Origin: Leptolinea sp. UBA5366 | GTDB taxonomy: Bacteria > Chloroflexota > Anaerolineae > Anaerolineales > Anaerolineaceae | Direction: 5' to 3' | DNA length: 64,000 nt | Assembly (NCBI GenBank): GCA_002407845.1 | Contig: DHPK01000010.1 | Location: forward strand, 44,837-108,836 | Part shown: positions 1 to 9,789 of the stretch, piece after piece | Numbering within the stretch: position 1 is the stretch's first letter | Layout: every line of letters begins with the position of its first letter | The notes under the pieces: generated by a model | Seen by the model: the letters and a program-made list of their open reading frames with translations, nothing else | The model's database searches: none | Told to the model about the DNA's origin: nothing | Made by a program: the position numbers and the translations under genes

Positions 1-1728
1 ACCGCCCTGCCAAAAAGCCGGATCGCGGAAATTAAACCCAGCTTCAGTCAAAATTGCCTCGGGGGACTTGGATCCGCCGGCTTCAAGAATTTTCTTGTAT
101 TGGGGGATGAAAGCTGCCCCTTCAGTCTTGTATTTTTTATACAGGCTCAACACCAGCAGCTGTCCAAAAGCATAAGCATAAACATAAAAAGGTGTCGAAA
201 AAATATGCGGAATGCTGGTCCATTCCCATTTGAATTCATCGTTAACCAGCACGGAATCGCCGAATTGGTCTTGGAGATTCTCGAGGTAAGCTGCGTTGAG
301 CGCGTCGACATCCGCACCATCCGGGATCATCTCGTGAGCCGTTTTCTCGAACAGTGCGAAGTAAGCCTGACGCTGGATCGTTGCGTAATTGTCGTCCATC
401 TGCTGCATGATCAGATCGCGCCGCACATCGGGATCGGTCTCCTTTGTAAGCATTGCGTCAATTAAGATCATTTCTGCGAAAGTGGAGGCAGTTTCTGCCA
501 TCGGCAGGCAGGCATGACTCTCGAAAAGGTTATGGCGGTTCGCTGAAAGAGAATGGATTGCGTGCCCAAGCTCGTGCGCCATGGTTGAAACGTCTGAGGC
601 TTTCCCTTGATAATTCAGCAGAACCCAGGGCGTCAGCGAGGGAGACACGGTCAGGCAGAATGCGCCGTCCCGTTTCCCATGCCGGATTTCGCTGTCAACA
701 TGATCTTCGTTGAAGACTTTGAACATCATGTCTGCAAAATCCTGATCAAAGTCGGAAAAACATTTTTCAACTGTCGTATAAGCTTCTTCAAACGAGTATT
801 TCTTATCGCTCTTTTTCAGTGGGGCGTAAATATCATAGCGATTGAACGTTTCCAGCCCGAGCATCTTTTTCTTCAGCTTGAAATAACGCTGGAAAATTGT
901 CTTGTTTTTTCGGCAGGTTTCGAGCATCAGATCAACCACATCATCCGGAATGTCATTATCGATGTTGCGAACTGAAATTGATGAGGGATATTTGCGGACT
1001 TTGACGTTTTCGTAATACCAGTCCCGCACGATGCTTTGATAAATTTGTCCCAGGATTTTCCCGTCGTTCCCATAGACGCTGTAAAGCTCCTGGTATGCAG
1101 CGCTGCGCAGCTCGGGATCATCCTCGCGCACATACTGCATCAGTCCGCCGCGGGTCAGTTTTTGTTCTTTCCCATCGATTGTCAGCGAATATTGATAACG
1201 GTTTGTGATCGATTCATAGATCGTGTTGAGCGCGCTGAAACCGGACATGTTTTTGATGTTGATAATCTGTTCGCTTGACTCAGGCAATGTGTAGTCTTTT
1301 GTATTGCGCATCTGAAGCAGAAAATAGCGGTATTCCGGCGTGCCAGCGATAAATTTTTCTGCATCTTCGTCTGAAAGCGACTTCCACCACAATGGAAAAA
1401 AGAGCGACTGGTTATTGGCTTCGGTTAAAATGGATTCGATCTTTCCGACAAGCGCAATAGCTTCTGTATTTTGGGTATCCTCATAAAAACGCATTTCTGA
1501 ATAAGCCATCAGGCGGTGCCCAGTTTCAGTCAAGGCTTCAAGCTTTTTCAAAATTGTATGAAAATCATCCAAACTCACCGAAGCGGAAAGTTTTTCCCGC
1601 CATAAGGAAATTTCAATTGCACCTGCATTGAGCCGCTCAATCGACTGTTTAAATTCGTCGGAATGGTGATCCGTAAATAAATCTGTAAGGCTCCATTTCT
1701 TCTGCTGAAAGCTGCTTCCACTCGTCAT
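1..1728 (-). CDS. Oligoendopeptidase F-like M3B zinc peptidase (3' end runs off the window)
   Basis: Not in the ORF track because it has no stop in the window. Manual minus-strand translation from ATG at 1728 (GGAGG RBS upstream) gives MTSGSSFQQKKWSLTDLF..., with GKRDGAFC, the HELGH zinc motif, AETASTFAE and WTSIPHIFSTPFYVYAY, all typical of M3B. Confidence 0.92.
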   Translation of the reverse strand, partial: MTSGSSFQQKKWSLTDLFTDHHSDEFKQSIERLNAGAIEISLWREKLSASVSLDDFHTILKKLEALTETGHRLMAYSEMRFYEDTQNTEAIALVGKIESILTEANNQSLFFPLWWKSLSDEDAEKFIAGTPEYRYFLLQMRNTKDYTLPESSEQIINIKNMSGFSALNTIYESITNRYQYSLTIDGKEQKLTRGGLMQYVREDDPELRSAAYQELYSVYGNDGKILGQIYQSIVRDWYYENVKVRKYPSSISVRNIDNDIPDDVVDLMLETCRKNKTIFQRYFKLKKKMLGLETFNRYDIYAPLKKSDKKYSFEEAYTTVEKCFSDFDQDFADMMFKVFNEDHVDSEIRHGKRDGAFCLTVSPSLTPWVLLNYQGKASDVSTMAHELGHAIHSLSANRHNLFESHACLPMAETASTFAEMILIDAMLTKETDPDVRRDLIMQQMDDNYATIQRQAYFALFEKTAHEMIPDGADVDALNAAYLENLQDQFGDSVLVNDEFKWEWTSIPHIFSTPFYVYAYAFGQLLVLSLYKKYKTEGAAFIPQYKKILEAGGSKSPEAILTEAGFNFRDPAFWQGG

Positions 1729-1769
1729 ATTTCCTCCAAAAAATCTCTACAGTTCAGTTTACAAGTATA

Positions 1770-3455
1770 TCAGCTTGGCTGTTTTGAAAAATGAAACAGA
1801 AAAACCAAATCGTTTACGTTTGTTCCGGTCGATCCTATTTGGATCAGCCCGCCGGTCTTCTCAAAATAATGATAGGAGTCATTGGTCTCCAGATAGGATT
1901 CAGGGGCGTGGCCTGTACGAGCGATCCCCGCCTGAAATGTCCTGCCGGTCACAATTGCGCCAGCGGCATCAGTCGGTCCATCCTCACCGTCTGTTGCCAA
2001 AGTAACCAATGCGACATTTTCCCGACCCGCAAGCGTTTCAACCGCTGCCAGTGCAGTTTCAATGTTCCTGCCGCCCAAGCCTTCGCCTTTTATTTTCACG
2101 ATTGTTTCCCCGCCGCCGATTGTTAACTGCGGCGTTAAAGTAACTGGTTGCATTAATAGTTGAGCGAGCATTTCACCGGCAATCCGCGCTTCGCCAACGA
2201 TCGGTTCTTCAATCATGGTCACGGTCCAGCCGGCTTCTTTGGCTGCTTTAGCAGCAGCCAGCCCGGCTTTTGCATTATCACCGATCAGGAAGTGGGATAG
2301 TTTCGCCACCAGCGGGTCGGATGCTTTCAGTGTCTCAGGCAGCTCCCCTCGGATGCCGCTTTCCAGCCGGCTGCGAATCGAATCCGGGATTCTTTCCCAC
2401 AACTCATATTTGTCCAAAACTGCTCGGCAATCGGCGAATGTCGACGGGTCTGGCACAGTAGGCCCTGAGGCGATTGACTCGAGCGAATTGCCGACCACAT
2501 CCGAAAGGATGCAGGTGATCGTCTTTGCAGGTGCGGCTGCAAGTGCCAGCTTTCCGCCTTTGATTGCGTCCAGATGTTTTCGCAATACGTTCATTTCGTG
2601 AATGTCAGCGCCGCTTGCCAAAAGCAGCCGGGTCAGCTCCTGAAAGTCTTGTAAGGTGATGGGATCTTCTGGCAGCGTCATCAGTGCAGAACCGCCGCCT
2701 GAAACCAAAAAGATCACCAGATCCGCTGCTTGAGCCTGCTCTGCCAGTTCCAGCACTTTTTTTGCAGCCAGCAGGCTGTTGTCATTCGGAATCGGATGCC
2801 CGCCAGTAAAAATTTGATATTTTTGCAAATCCAGCTGAACAGTCTCATCGGTCATCTTCGTAATCACGATGCCTGCTTTGATTTTTTCGCTTAAGATTCG
2901 ATCAAGCGCCTTTGTCATTTTCAGGGCGGCTTTTCCTAATGACACAACATATATCAAGCCTTTTTCAGGGAGATCAAATGGCTTTTCTTGAACGATCAGC
3001 CGATTTTGTTCCATGCGAATTGCTTGATTCACGACCTGCTCCGGATCGACAGCGTCTAAGGCTGCCCGAATGATCGTATGGATCAGGGCAAGACGGTCTT
3101 CAGAAATGATGTCGAGCGTCAGCAACGGCTGCGGCAGGCTGAACCTGCCATCGGTGTTGGGCGGAAAAGGGATTACATTCAGAACGGCTTCAGCCGGAAG
3201 ACTGCCGTACAGATGAGGAAAACTGCCTTTGCGCGTTTCTTGTGCGGGTTCAAAACAGATTTCTGGTGTTTTATTTTCGTCAACTTCCAGCAGGACAAGA
3301 TCAGTCCTTCCCTGATAAAAAAGATCAGCCGTTTCAACCACCTGATCGGCTTTTGAAAAATGAATAAATCCCTCGCGCTGCAGGCTTTCTGACTGATAAG
3401 CGTCTGTTGCCAATGCTTTTTCCCAATCCTGTTTTGAACAAATGTGATAGATCAT
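1770..3455 (-). CDS. DUF952 domain fused to MOFRL/DUF4147-type glycerate kinase
   Basis: N-terminal ~110 aa MIYHI...EGFIHFS...FPHLYG is DUF952. The remainder has GKAA, HPIP, SGGGSAL, SDVVG..IASGP, GGET, GGRN and TGTNVND, the class II glycerate kinase motifs. Confidence 0.9.
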   Translation of the reverse strand: MIYHICSKQDWEKALATDAYQSESLQREGFIHFSKADQVVETADLFYQGRTDLVLLEVDENKTPEICFEPAQETRKGSFPHLYGSLPAEAVLNVIPFPPNTDGRFSLPQPLLTLDIISEDRLALIHTIIRAALDAVDPEQVVNQAIRMEQNRLIVQEKPFDLPEKGLIYVVSLGKAALKMTKALDRILSEKIKAGIVITKMTDETVQLDLQKYQIFTGGHPIPNDNSLLAAKKVLELAEQAQAADLVIFLVSGGGSALMTLPEDPITLQDFQELTRLLLASGADIHEMNVLRKHLDAIKGGKLALAAAPAKTITCILSDVVGNSLESIASGPTVPDPSTFADCRAVLDKYELWERIPDSIRSRLESGIRGELPETLKASDPLVAKLSHFLIGDNAKAGLAAAKAAKEAGWTVTMIEEPIVGEARIAGEMLAQLLMQPVTLTPQLTIGGGETIVKIKGEGLGGRNIETALAAVETLAGRENVALVTLATDGEDGPTDAAGAIVTGRTFQAGIARTGHAPESYLETNDSYHYFEKTGGLIQIGSTGTNVNDLVFLFHFSKQPS

Positions 3456-3520
3456 AAATCCTCATTTCTCTTTTTCCATCAGGTACAATAAAAATTATAT
3501 CCTTTTAACGAAGAGGTCGA

Positions 3521-4267
3521 ATGGACAAACAGGCAATCGAAGCAGTTCTGCACCCGTTGAAAGCAGAATATGCCTTTTATTTTCATCGAACAGGAACGGA
3601 ACCTGTTTTGGTTTCTAATCAGCCCGAAAATCACCAGTTTATGACTGCCTCAGTCATCAAGGTTCCTATTTTACTGGCATGGATTGCGCTTGAACGGCAG
3701 CAACTGGTCAGCGCAGATGCTTTCTGCGAGGCGGGGGATGAACCGGTTGTGACCGGTGCGGGATTCTTTTACCTTTTCCGCCAGAAAAAGCTGACCTGGC
3801 ATGACGTGTTGCTGCTGATGATCGCGACCTCAGATAATTACTGCACAAATCTTGTGATCAGCCATTTGGGTCTGGAGAGAATCAACCGCGTTTTTGCTGA
3901 TTTAGGTTTTCAGGACACGCATCTGGGCAGAAAAATGATGACGCGCTCCGACAGAGCTTCAGGAAAGGATAATTGGATCATCACGGCTGATTTGATCCGC
4001 TGTTTTGATTTGATTCAAAATTTGCCTGTGACTGAAAAGACCTTTGCGGAAGAGATGCTCCTGTCTTGTCAGGCTGACCGGCTGTTTTTACGGAATTTGC
4101 CCGGTGATTCTGTCGATTTCTTTCATAAATCGGGCGGTTTGGATAATGTGATGAACGAATGGGGATATACTGCCGACCGCCGAATATTCTTGATGTGCAA
4201 TAATTTCGAAGATCACCTGGCAGTTTTGAACGTATTCGGTACTTTTGGACAGGAATTGTTGGCATAA
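3521..4267 (+). CDS. Serine hydrolase, class A beta-lactamase-like fold (no signal peptide)
   Basis: SxxK (ASVIK), SDN and KSG motifs. Confidence 0.85.
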   Translation: MDKQAIEAVLHPLKAEYAFYFHRTGTEPVLVSNQPENHQFMTASVIKVPILLAWIALERQQLVSADAFCEAGDEPVVTGAGFFYLFRQKKLTWHDVLLLMIATSDNYCTNLVISHLGLERINRVFADLGFQDTHLGRKMMTRSDRASGKDNWIITADLIRCFDLIQNLPVTEKTFAEEMLLSCQADRLFLRNLPGDSVDFFHKSGGLDNVMNEWGYTADRRIFLMCNNFEDHLAVLNVFGTFGQELLA

Positions 4268-4416
4268 GGAACAGGTTGCATAATAGGCAATTTCAGTAAA
4301 AATCAGCGAATCTTCTTAGGATTAAAGATTGGTTATATCTTTTGCGCGAATAAGCAGAATAAAACAAATTTAACATCCTGAGAACCTTTTTAATGACCTT
4401 CATCCGACTTGAAAAT

Positions 4417-4448
4417 AAAAGACGCTTTCTTCCAAGAAAGCGTCTTTT
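4417..4448. terminator. Bidirectional intrinsic terminator between convergent genes
   Basis: AAAAGACGCTTTCT-TCCA-AGAAAGCGTCTTTT perfect inverted repeat with A/T tails. Confidence 0.85.
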
Positions 4449-4469
4449 GTTATGAGCAAAATCTGATAA

Positions 4470-5474
4470 TTAGATATAACGCACGGCTGCAACGAAGGTG
4501 CCTTTCAATGACGACGCAGTCAATGCATCATCGATATAGACCCCGTTCCGGGTGCGTGATGAATGGATGACAGTCCAGCCGCCGAGCGAAATCGAGGCAT
4601 GAGAGATATGATCAAGACTTTTACCGTAAAGAACGACATCACCAGGCAAAAATGGCGGTTCGACACTTTTTTCCGCAATGTATTGCATGTGAGCATCGCG
4701 CCGCGTCTGCAGTCCGCTCATGCGGTAAGCCCATTGAACCAGCCCTGAGCAATCGATCCCGTTGACTGAGTTTCCGCCCCAGAGATAGGGGACGCCAATC
4801 AGCTTGAGCGCGTTGTTGCAGACCAGATTCCGCAGTGCGTCCCCGCTTTGCGGCAGATCAGCATAAGCTGTCAGTGCAGACTTTTCAACCCAGCCCTGAT
4901 AGTCCGCGGCAATGAGCGCCATGTCCCCGAGCTCTTCGAGAATTACAGTTTTCAATCCGCCCAGCGCGCGTCCAATCTGTTCTTTTCTATCCGGACTGCT
5001 GTAAATAGCGCTGGCTGGCGCGCTGACGAGATGGGTCGGTTCCTGCCAGTCGATCTGGCTCAAATATTTTTTATAGGTCCAGCTGATGTACCCATCCAGC
5101 ATGTTTCGTCCCAAAACCCAGTCTTCGTCTTCCGCCAGAACCGCAATCGGATCGCCATAAAACATCTGCGTCATCAGCTCCGTATGGAAGCTCTTTTCCC
5201 GGTGCATGCTGGATAAATTCTTATTAACCCGCAGGATCGGTGTTTCTGCTGTCTGCATGATCTGCAGTTGATCCAGGTTCAATCTCGCGTTTGGCATTCG
5301 TTTGGCAAAAAAATGCTTGAGGGTCTCTTTATCCGCTTCTTCGAGCACCTTTCCCTTAAAGTTAATTTGCCCCTCGCCGGAAACTTCCGGAATCACGTCG
5401 AAAATTGTCAGCAGTGGTTCATTGAATGCGGTGTTCTTCAGTTCCTCTAAAAGATTTTTCACATTATCGAGCAT
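4470..5474 (-). CDS. NlpC/P60 (C40) peptidase with SH3b-like domains, YkfC-like gamma-D-Glu-diamino acid endopeptidase
   Basis: GVPYLWGG...GIDCSGLV, RRDA and SHASI motifs; TQMFYGD SH3b-like region; adjacent to the dipeptide epimerase. Confidence 0.88.
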   Translation of the reverse strand: MLDNVKNLLEELKNTAFNEPLLTIFDVIPEVSGEGQINFKGKVLEEADKETLKHFFAKRMPNARLNLDQLQIMQTAETPILRVNKNLSSMHREKSFHTELMTQMFYGDPIAVLAEDEDWVLGRNMLDGYISWTYKKYLSQIDWQEPTHLVSAPASAIYSSPDRKEQIGRALGGLKTVILEELGDMALIAADYQGWVEKSALTAYADLPQSGDALRNLVCNNALKLIGVPYLWGGNSVNGIDCSGLVQWAYRMSGLQTRRDAHMQYIAEKSVEPPFLPGDVVLYGKSLDHISHASISLGGWTVIHSSRTRNGVYIDDALTASSLKGTFVAAVRYI

Positions 5475-5487
5475 AGAAAATCCTCCC

Positions 5488-6525
5488 TCAGTGTGTTTTT
5501 AAGGTTAAGCCCAATCCAGCGCCCTGCGGCGGGATCAGCGCAGCATTTTCAGTATAGTTAAGTCCGGAAAACGGGTCATTCGATATCAGTAGCGGCGTGT
5601 CCAAGTCAATCCAGTCCGCGATGCCGATCAGGTTTGCCATGGCAGTGACGCCGATGGAGGTTTCGACCATGCAGCCGAGCATGATTTTCATCCCATAAGA
5701 GCGGGCACGCTGGATCATTTCAACCGCAGGCGCAATCCCGCCGCACTTCATCAGTTTTACATTGATGCCGCGCACTCCGGCAGCGTGCAGACGGTCAATG
5801 TCCGCCAGCGACTGCAAAGATTCGTCAGCGACGATCGGCACATCCGTTTCAGCTTGCACCAGCCCCATTCCGGCAATATCATCCTTCGGGGTGGGCTGTT
5901 CGATCATTTCGAGATCAAATTTTTCAAGGCGTTTAACCAGCTGGACAGCTTCTGCTGCCTGCCAGCCCGCATTCGCGTCCAGTCGCAGCTTCGCGTCAGG
6001 GCGAACCTTGCGAATGGCTTCCAGCCGCGCCTCTTCCAGGTCTTCTTGTCCGGCAGCGCCCAGTTTGATCTTGATGATCGGATAATCCTTAACTTGTTCA
6101 GCCATCTGTGCCATGGCTTCCGGCGTGTCGATGCTGAGCGTGTAAGACGTAATTGTCGGCACAGGCGCGGGCAGGTCATACAGTTGATAGATTGGTTTAC
6201 CGGCAGCCTTCCCTATGCGGTCATGAAAAGCAATGTCAAGCGCTGCAATGGCCGGCGCCGGCGCTGACCCAGATTGGGCGATCCATTGCCGGATTTGGTC
6301 AACCGTTTCAGGAAACGGATCCTCGCGCAAAGCACAACGATCCCAGAAATCGGTCATCTCTTTAAAATCAATTCCGTAATAAAAAGGGATCGTTCCCTCT
6401 CCCCAGCCGGAGTCTTCTGACAGCCGCACCCAAAACGCAGTTCGGGTGGATGAACTGCCATAGGAAACCGTAAAGGGAGTTTTCAAGGTTAAGGTAATTT
6501 CTTTCCAGCTGAGTCTGCCAGCCAT
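5488..6525 (-). CDS. L-Ala-D/L-Glu dipeptide epimerase (enolase superfamily, YkfB/YcjG-like)
   Basis: KIKLG, LDANAGW, EQP, ADES, NVKLMKCGG, GCMVE and DLD motifs. Confidence 0.92.
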   Translation of the reverse strand: MAGRLSWKEITLTLKTPFTVSYGSSSTRTAFWVRLSEDSGWGEGTIPFYYGIDFKEMTDFWDRCALREDPFPETVDQIRQWIAQSGSAPAPAIAALDIAFHDRIGKAAGKPIYQLYDLPAPVPTITSYTLSIDTPEAMAQMAEQVKDYPIIKIKLGAAGQEDLEEARLEAIRKVRPDAKLRLDANAGWQAAEAVQLVKRLEKFDLEMIEQPTPKDDIAGMGLVQAETDVPIVADESLQSLADIDRLHAAGVRGINVKLMKCGGIAPAVEMIQRARSYGMKIMLGCMVETSIGVTAMANLIGIADWIDLDTPLLISNDPFSGLNYTENAALIPPQGAGLGLTLKTH

Positions 6526-6614
6526 ATCAGTGCCTCGTTTGTTTTGGATGATGCCTAAGATTTTACTCTGAATTTCGGATTTATTATGGATATCGGCGGG
6601 AACGTGACCGGCGC

Positions 6615-7523
6615 TTATTCCGCATCGCCGTAACGGATTTGCAGATAAGATTGATAACGTTCGGCGCTGACCGTGCCGTTTTCTACTGCTAGCTGCACCG
6701 CGCAGCCCTGCTCTTCGGGGTGATGGGTGCAGTCACTATAAAGACACTGCGATACCAGCGGGCTGATTTCCGGAAAATAACCGTCAAGCTCCTCGGGTTC
6801 TGTATCCCAAAGCGCGAGCGACTTGATGCCGGGCAGGTCGGCGATGAATCCGCCTTCGGGCAGCAGGAACATTTCACGTACAACGGTTGTATGGCGTCCT
6901 TTTTGGTTGTATTCGCTGATTTCGTTAACTTTCAGGTTTAATCCGGGATACATCTGGTTGATCAGGCTGGATTTTCCCACACCGGATGGACCGACCAAAC
7001 CGGTAACCTTTCCCTTCAGCTTCCCTTTCAGTTCATCGACTCCTTCATCCGACACAGCCGATGTAAAGAGCGTTTCATAACCAATTTTTGGATAAATTGC
7101 AAAGAGCGCCCGGGCTGCATCTAAGCCGGTCAGGTCAATTTTATTTACCAGAATGATAGGAGGGATGTGCTGCTTTTCGCAGATCACCAGAAAACGGTCG
7201 AGCATTCTTAGCTTAGGTTCAGGCTGAGCAGCGGCAAAAACGAGAAGAATCTGATCAAGGTTACTGATCAGGATTTGGCGATATTCGTAACGAATGCCGG
7301 TCATCAGCCGTACCAGCTCGTTTTTCCGCGGCAGGACGTTCTCAATAACGCCGGTTCCATCCGGAAAATATTCGAACTCAACCAGGTCGCCGATGGCGAT
7401 CAGGTCAGTTTGGCGGCTGCCCCGTTTCATGACACCGCGCATTTTACAAGTGACAATTTCACCGTCACTGGTGACGGTGAAAAAACCTGATTGATATCTT
7501 AAAACGCGTCCCTGACGAATCAT
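6615..7523 (-). CDS. rsgA: Ribosome small subunit-dependent GTPase A
   Basis: Circularly permuted GTPase: NKID, GPSGVGKSS, GRHTT, DLPG; zinc finger CxxxxCxH...C. Confidence 0.96.
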   Translation of the reverse strand: MIRQGRVLRYQSGFFTVTSDGEIVTCKMRGVMKRGSRQTDLIAIGDLVEFEYFPDGTGVIENVLPRKNELVRLMTGIRYEYRQILISNLDQILLVFAAAQPEPKLRMLDRFLVICEKQHIPPIILVNKIDLTGLDAARALFAIYPKIGYETLFTSAVSDEGVDELKGKLKGKVTGLVGPSGVGKSSLINQMYPGLNLKVNEISEYNQKGRHTTVVREMFLLPEGGFIADLPGIKSLALWDTEPEELDGYFPEISPLVSQCLYSDCTHHPEEQGCAVQLAVENGTVSAERYQSYLQIRYGDAE

Positions 7524-7533
7524 GAAGCGTAAA

Positions 7534-9789
7534 TCAAGGAGCTTCGGTCGGATCGGGAGTGATCTGCCATGGCGCCCGCGTCGATGTCGGAATCGGCGTC
7601 AGCGTTGGGGTAGGCGTCGGAGTCTTAGTAATATAGACGCCGGCTTCCCAGTTGTACAGCATTGACGCTTTCCCGTCGAAGTAAAGCTCCAGAACGCGGC
7701 GGAAGATTGGCGCGGCATAAACGGACCCGTCCCCGACATTTTCGACCAGCACTGCGATCGCGATATCCGGTTTCCCTTCAAGCTTACGATCGGTGTAACC
7801 TGAAAACCAGGCATGCGGCAGCTCTCCGGGACCTGTCTGCGCAGTTCCCGTTTTTCCATACACCTCGTAATTGATGTAGCGGAAGACGCCGTAAGCCGTG
7901 CCGCGTGGATCGTGGGTAACGGTCAGCATCGCATCCTGGATCAATTTAATATTTTCTGCTGAAACTGGAATCTTTCCCTGCGGTTCAGGCTCAAAAGCAT
8001 AAGTGACATTACCCTCGATGTCCACTACCTGTTCGACCACCTGCGGGCGGTAGAGCGTTCCTCCGTTTCCGACTGCCGCGACGAAACGGGCGACTTGAAG
8101 CGGCGTGACCAGCAGCGTCCCTTGCCCGATGCCCAGCTGAACCGAGGAATATTCATCGCCCGGAACTTCGACATTTCCCGGCTGTTCTTCAATCTCGCCG
8201 ACATCAGTCAACGATCCCAAGCCGAATCCGCGGGTCATGCTCGGCAGGTAATCGGCGCCTGCCTGGCGATAAAGCTCCAGTCCGATTTTGTAAAACCATG
8301 GGTTGCAGGATCGCATTAGCCCTTCTGCCAGAGTCAGCGTGCCGCTGGGAGCAACTTCATAATCGAGGGTCCAGTCTGTCAGCACCACGCCCGGTAACTC
8401 TGTAAACTCGTAACCGCATTCAAAAGTGTCATTAATTTTATAGATGCCTGATTCTAGCGCGGCTGCCATCGCAATAATTTTATAGACAGACCCAAGCGGA
8501 TATTGCCCTTGAGTGGCGCGGTTATACATCGGACGGTCGCGAAGCAGCAGATCGCCGGTGTAAAAGGAGTTGTAATTGTTGAAATCGAGCAGGTTCGGGT
8601 CGAAGGTCGGGGAGGACGCCAGCCCGAGGATGCGGCCGGTATCGCGTTCCAGCACGACGACAGCAGCACGGAACCCTGCAATTGCGCGCTGCAGGTCATA
8701 TTGAAAGGCTTCCTGAAACGTAGTGTAGATGGTCTGCCCTGCGACCAGATCGCTTTTATACAGGCGGGTGATCGGGTTGCCTTCCGGATCAACCACGTAC
8801 AGCGATGCCCCGCGCTCCCCGTCCAGCATGTCCTGACCCCATTTTTCAATGCCGAGCCGGCCGATGCGTTCATCGATTCGGTACCCGCTCTGCTTCATCT
8901 CTTCCGCTTCCTGTTCGCCGATTGGCTGAACATAGCCGACGAGGTGAGGCGCAGAACCTCCTTCGTAATAGAACCGGGAGGCAGAATAGCGGTTCAGATA
9001 AACACCTTCATAGCCCGAGATGGATGCCATTCTTTCGTCGACGATCGATGCCGGCGCTTCGCCAATGATGACATAGTCATAAGGATTGGCTTCTTCCATC
9101 AGCTGCGTGATGACAAAAGTTGTTTTTCCGGTCAGGCGAGATAACTCGTTGATCAATCCGTTCCAGCGGTTGCTCGGCACGGAGGCGGGGATGACGCCAA
9201 TGGCGTAAGCTTCTAATTCAGCAGCTAACGGAACGCCGTCAATGTCATAAATTGCTCCGCGAGTGGGGACGTCAATGCTCATTGCCAATTTGTTGCCGCC
9301 CCGCAGTTCGGGCATGATCATGCCGTCTTCCCATTGAACTTTCCACTGACCGCTTTCGTAGACCAAATTCATGATCATGTCGCGGGAAAAATTGCCGGTC
9401 AGCGAAGTTTCATAATTAGTCTGATAACCGACCTGAGCGCTAGTTGGGCTCGTCAAAATGGACGTCACATCACACACCAGCGACTGCAGTGTCAAGTTCA
9501 TCGAGAAATCTTTATAGCGAAATTCGAAATCTTCGAATGAGATCGCATCGCGGCTGACTTGTGAAAGCATGTTATACATGCCGATGTAATCATTTCCCAT
9601 CCAGGCTTCAAAAAAGGCGTTCGCCGCGCTGCGCGGTTCAGGCGCTGTCGTAATCAGCACTGACGGATCCGGCAGCGGCGTTTCAGTCGCGGGTGTCGTT
9701 GGCGTTGGCGGGACAAGTGTTGGTTCTGGGGGAGTGCAGGCGCTCAGCGCCAGCGATAGGATCAGGAGCGCAAAAATAAGTCTTTTCAT
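7534..9789 (-). CDS. Class B penicillin-binding transpeptidase, lipoprotein, with NTF2-like (MecA_N) N-terminal domain
   Basis: Lipobox LSAC after MKRLIF... (ATG 9789 overlaps the maf stop as ATGA); RGAIYD dimerisation motif; SVYK, SCN and KTG catalytic motifs; Pro/Thr-rich linkers. Confidence 0.9.
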   Translation of the reverse strand: MKRLIFALLILSLALSACTPPEPTLVPPTPTTPATETPLPDPSVLITTAPEPRSAANAFFEAWMGNDYIGMYNMLSQVSRDAISFEDFEFRYKDFSMNLTLQSLVCDVTSILTSPTSAQVGYQTNYETSLTGNFSRDMIMNLVYESGQWKVQWEDGMIMPELRGGNKLAMSIDVPTRGAIYDIDGVPLAAELEAYAIGVIPASVPSNRWNGLINELSRLTGKTTFVITQLMEEANPYDYVIIGEAPASIVDERMASISGYEGVYLNRYSASRFYYEGGSAPHLVGYVQPIGEQEAEEMKQSGYRIDERIGRLGIEKWGQDMLDGERGASLYVVDPEGNPITRLYKSDLVAGQTIYTTFQEAFQYDLQRAIAGFRAAVVVLERDTGRILGLASSPTFDPNLLDFNNYNSFYTGDLLLRDRPMYNRATQGQYPLGSVYKIIAMAAALESGIYKINDTFECGYEFTELPGVVLTDWTLDYEVAPSGTLTLAEGLMRSCNPWFYKIGLELYRQAGADYLPSMTRGFGLGSLTDVGEIEEQPGNVEVPGDEYSSVQLGIGQGTLLVTPLQVARFVAAVGNGGTLYRPQVVEQVVDIEGNVTYAFEPEPQGKIPVSAENIKLIQDAMLTVTHDPRGTAYGVFRYINYEVYGKTGTAQTGPGELPHAWFSGYTDRKLEGKPDIAIAVLVENVGDGSVYAAPIFRRVLELYFDGKASMLYNWEAGVYITKTPTPTPTLTPIPTSTRAPWQITPDPTEAP

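Noticed and set aside
100-1364. Several short ORFs listed at the window start
   Set aside because: Antisense or off-frame shadows of the minus-strand M3 peptidase.
3521-4267. Antibiotic-resistance beta-lactamase
   Set aside because: No signal peptide, no ExxLN omega-loop motif, and the context is peptide recycling.
7560-7630. Short imperfect repeats in the PBP gene (also at 25030-25060 and 25460-25490)
   Set aside because: They encode Pro/Thr-rich linkers and are not CRISPR or other DNA-level repeats.
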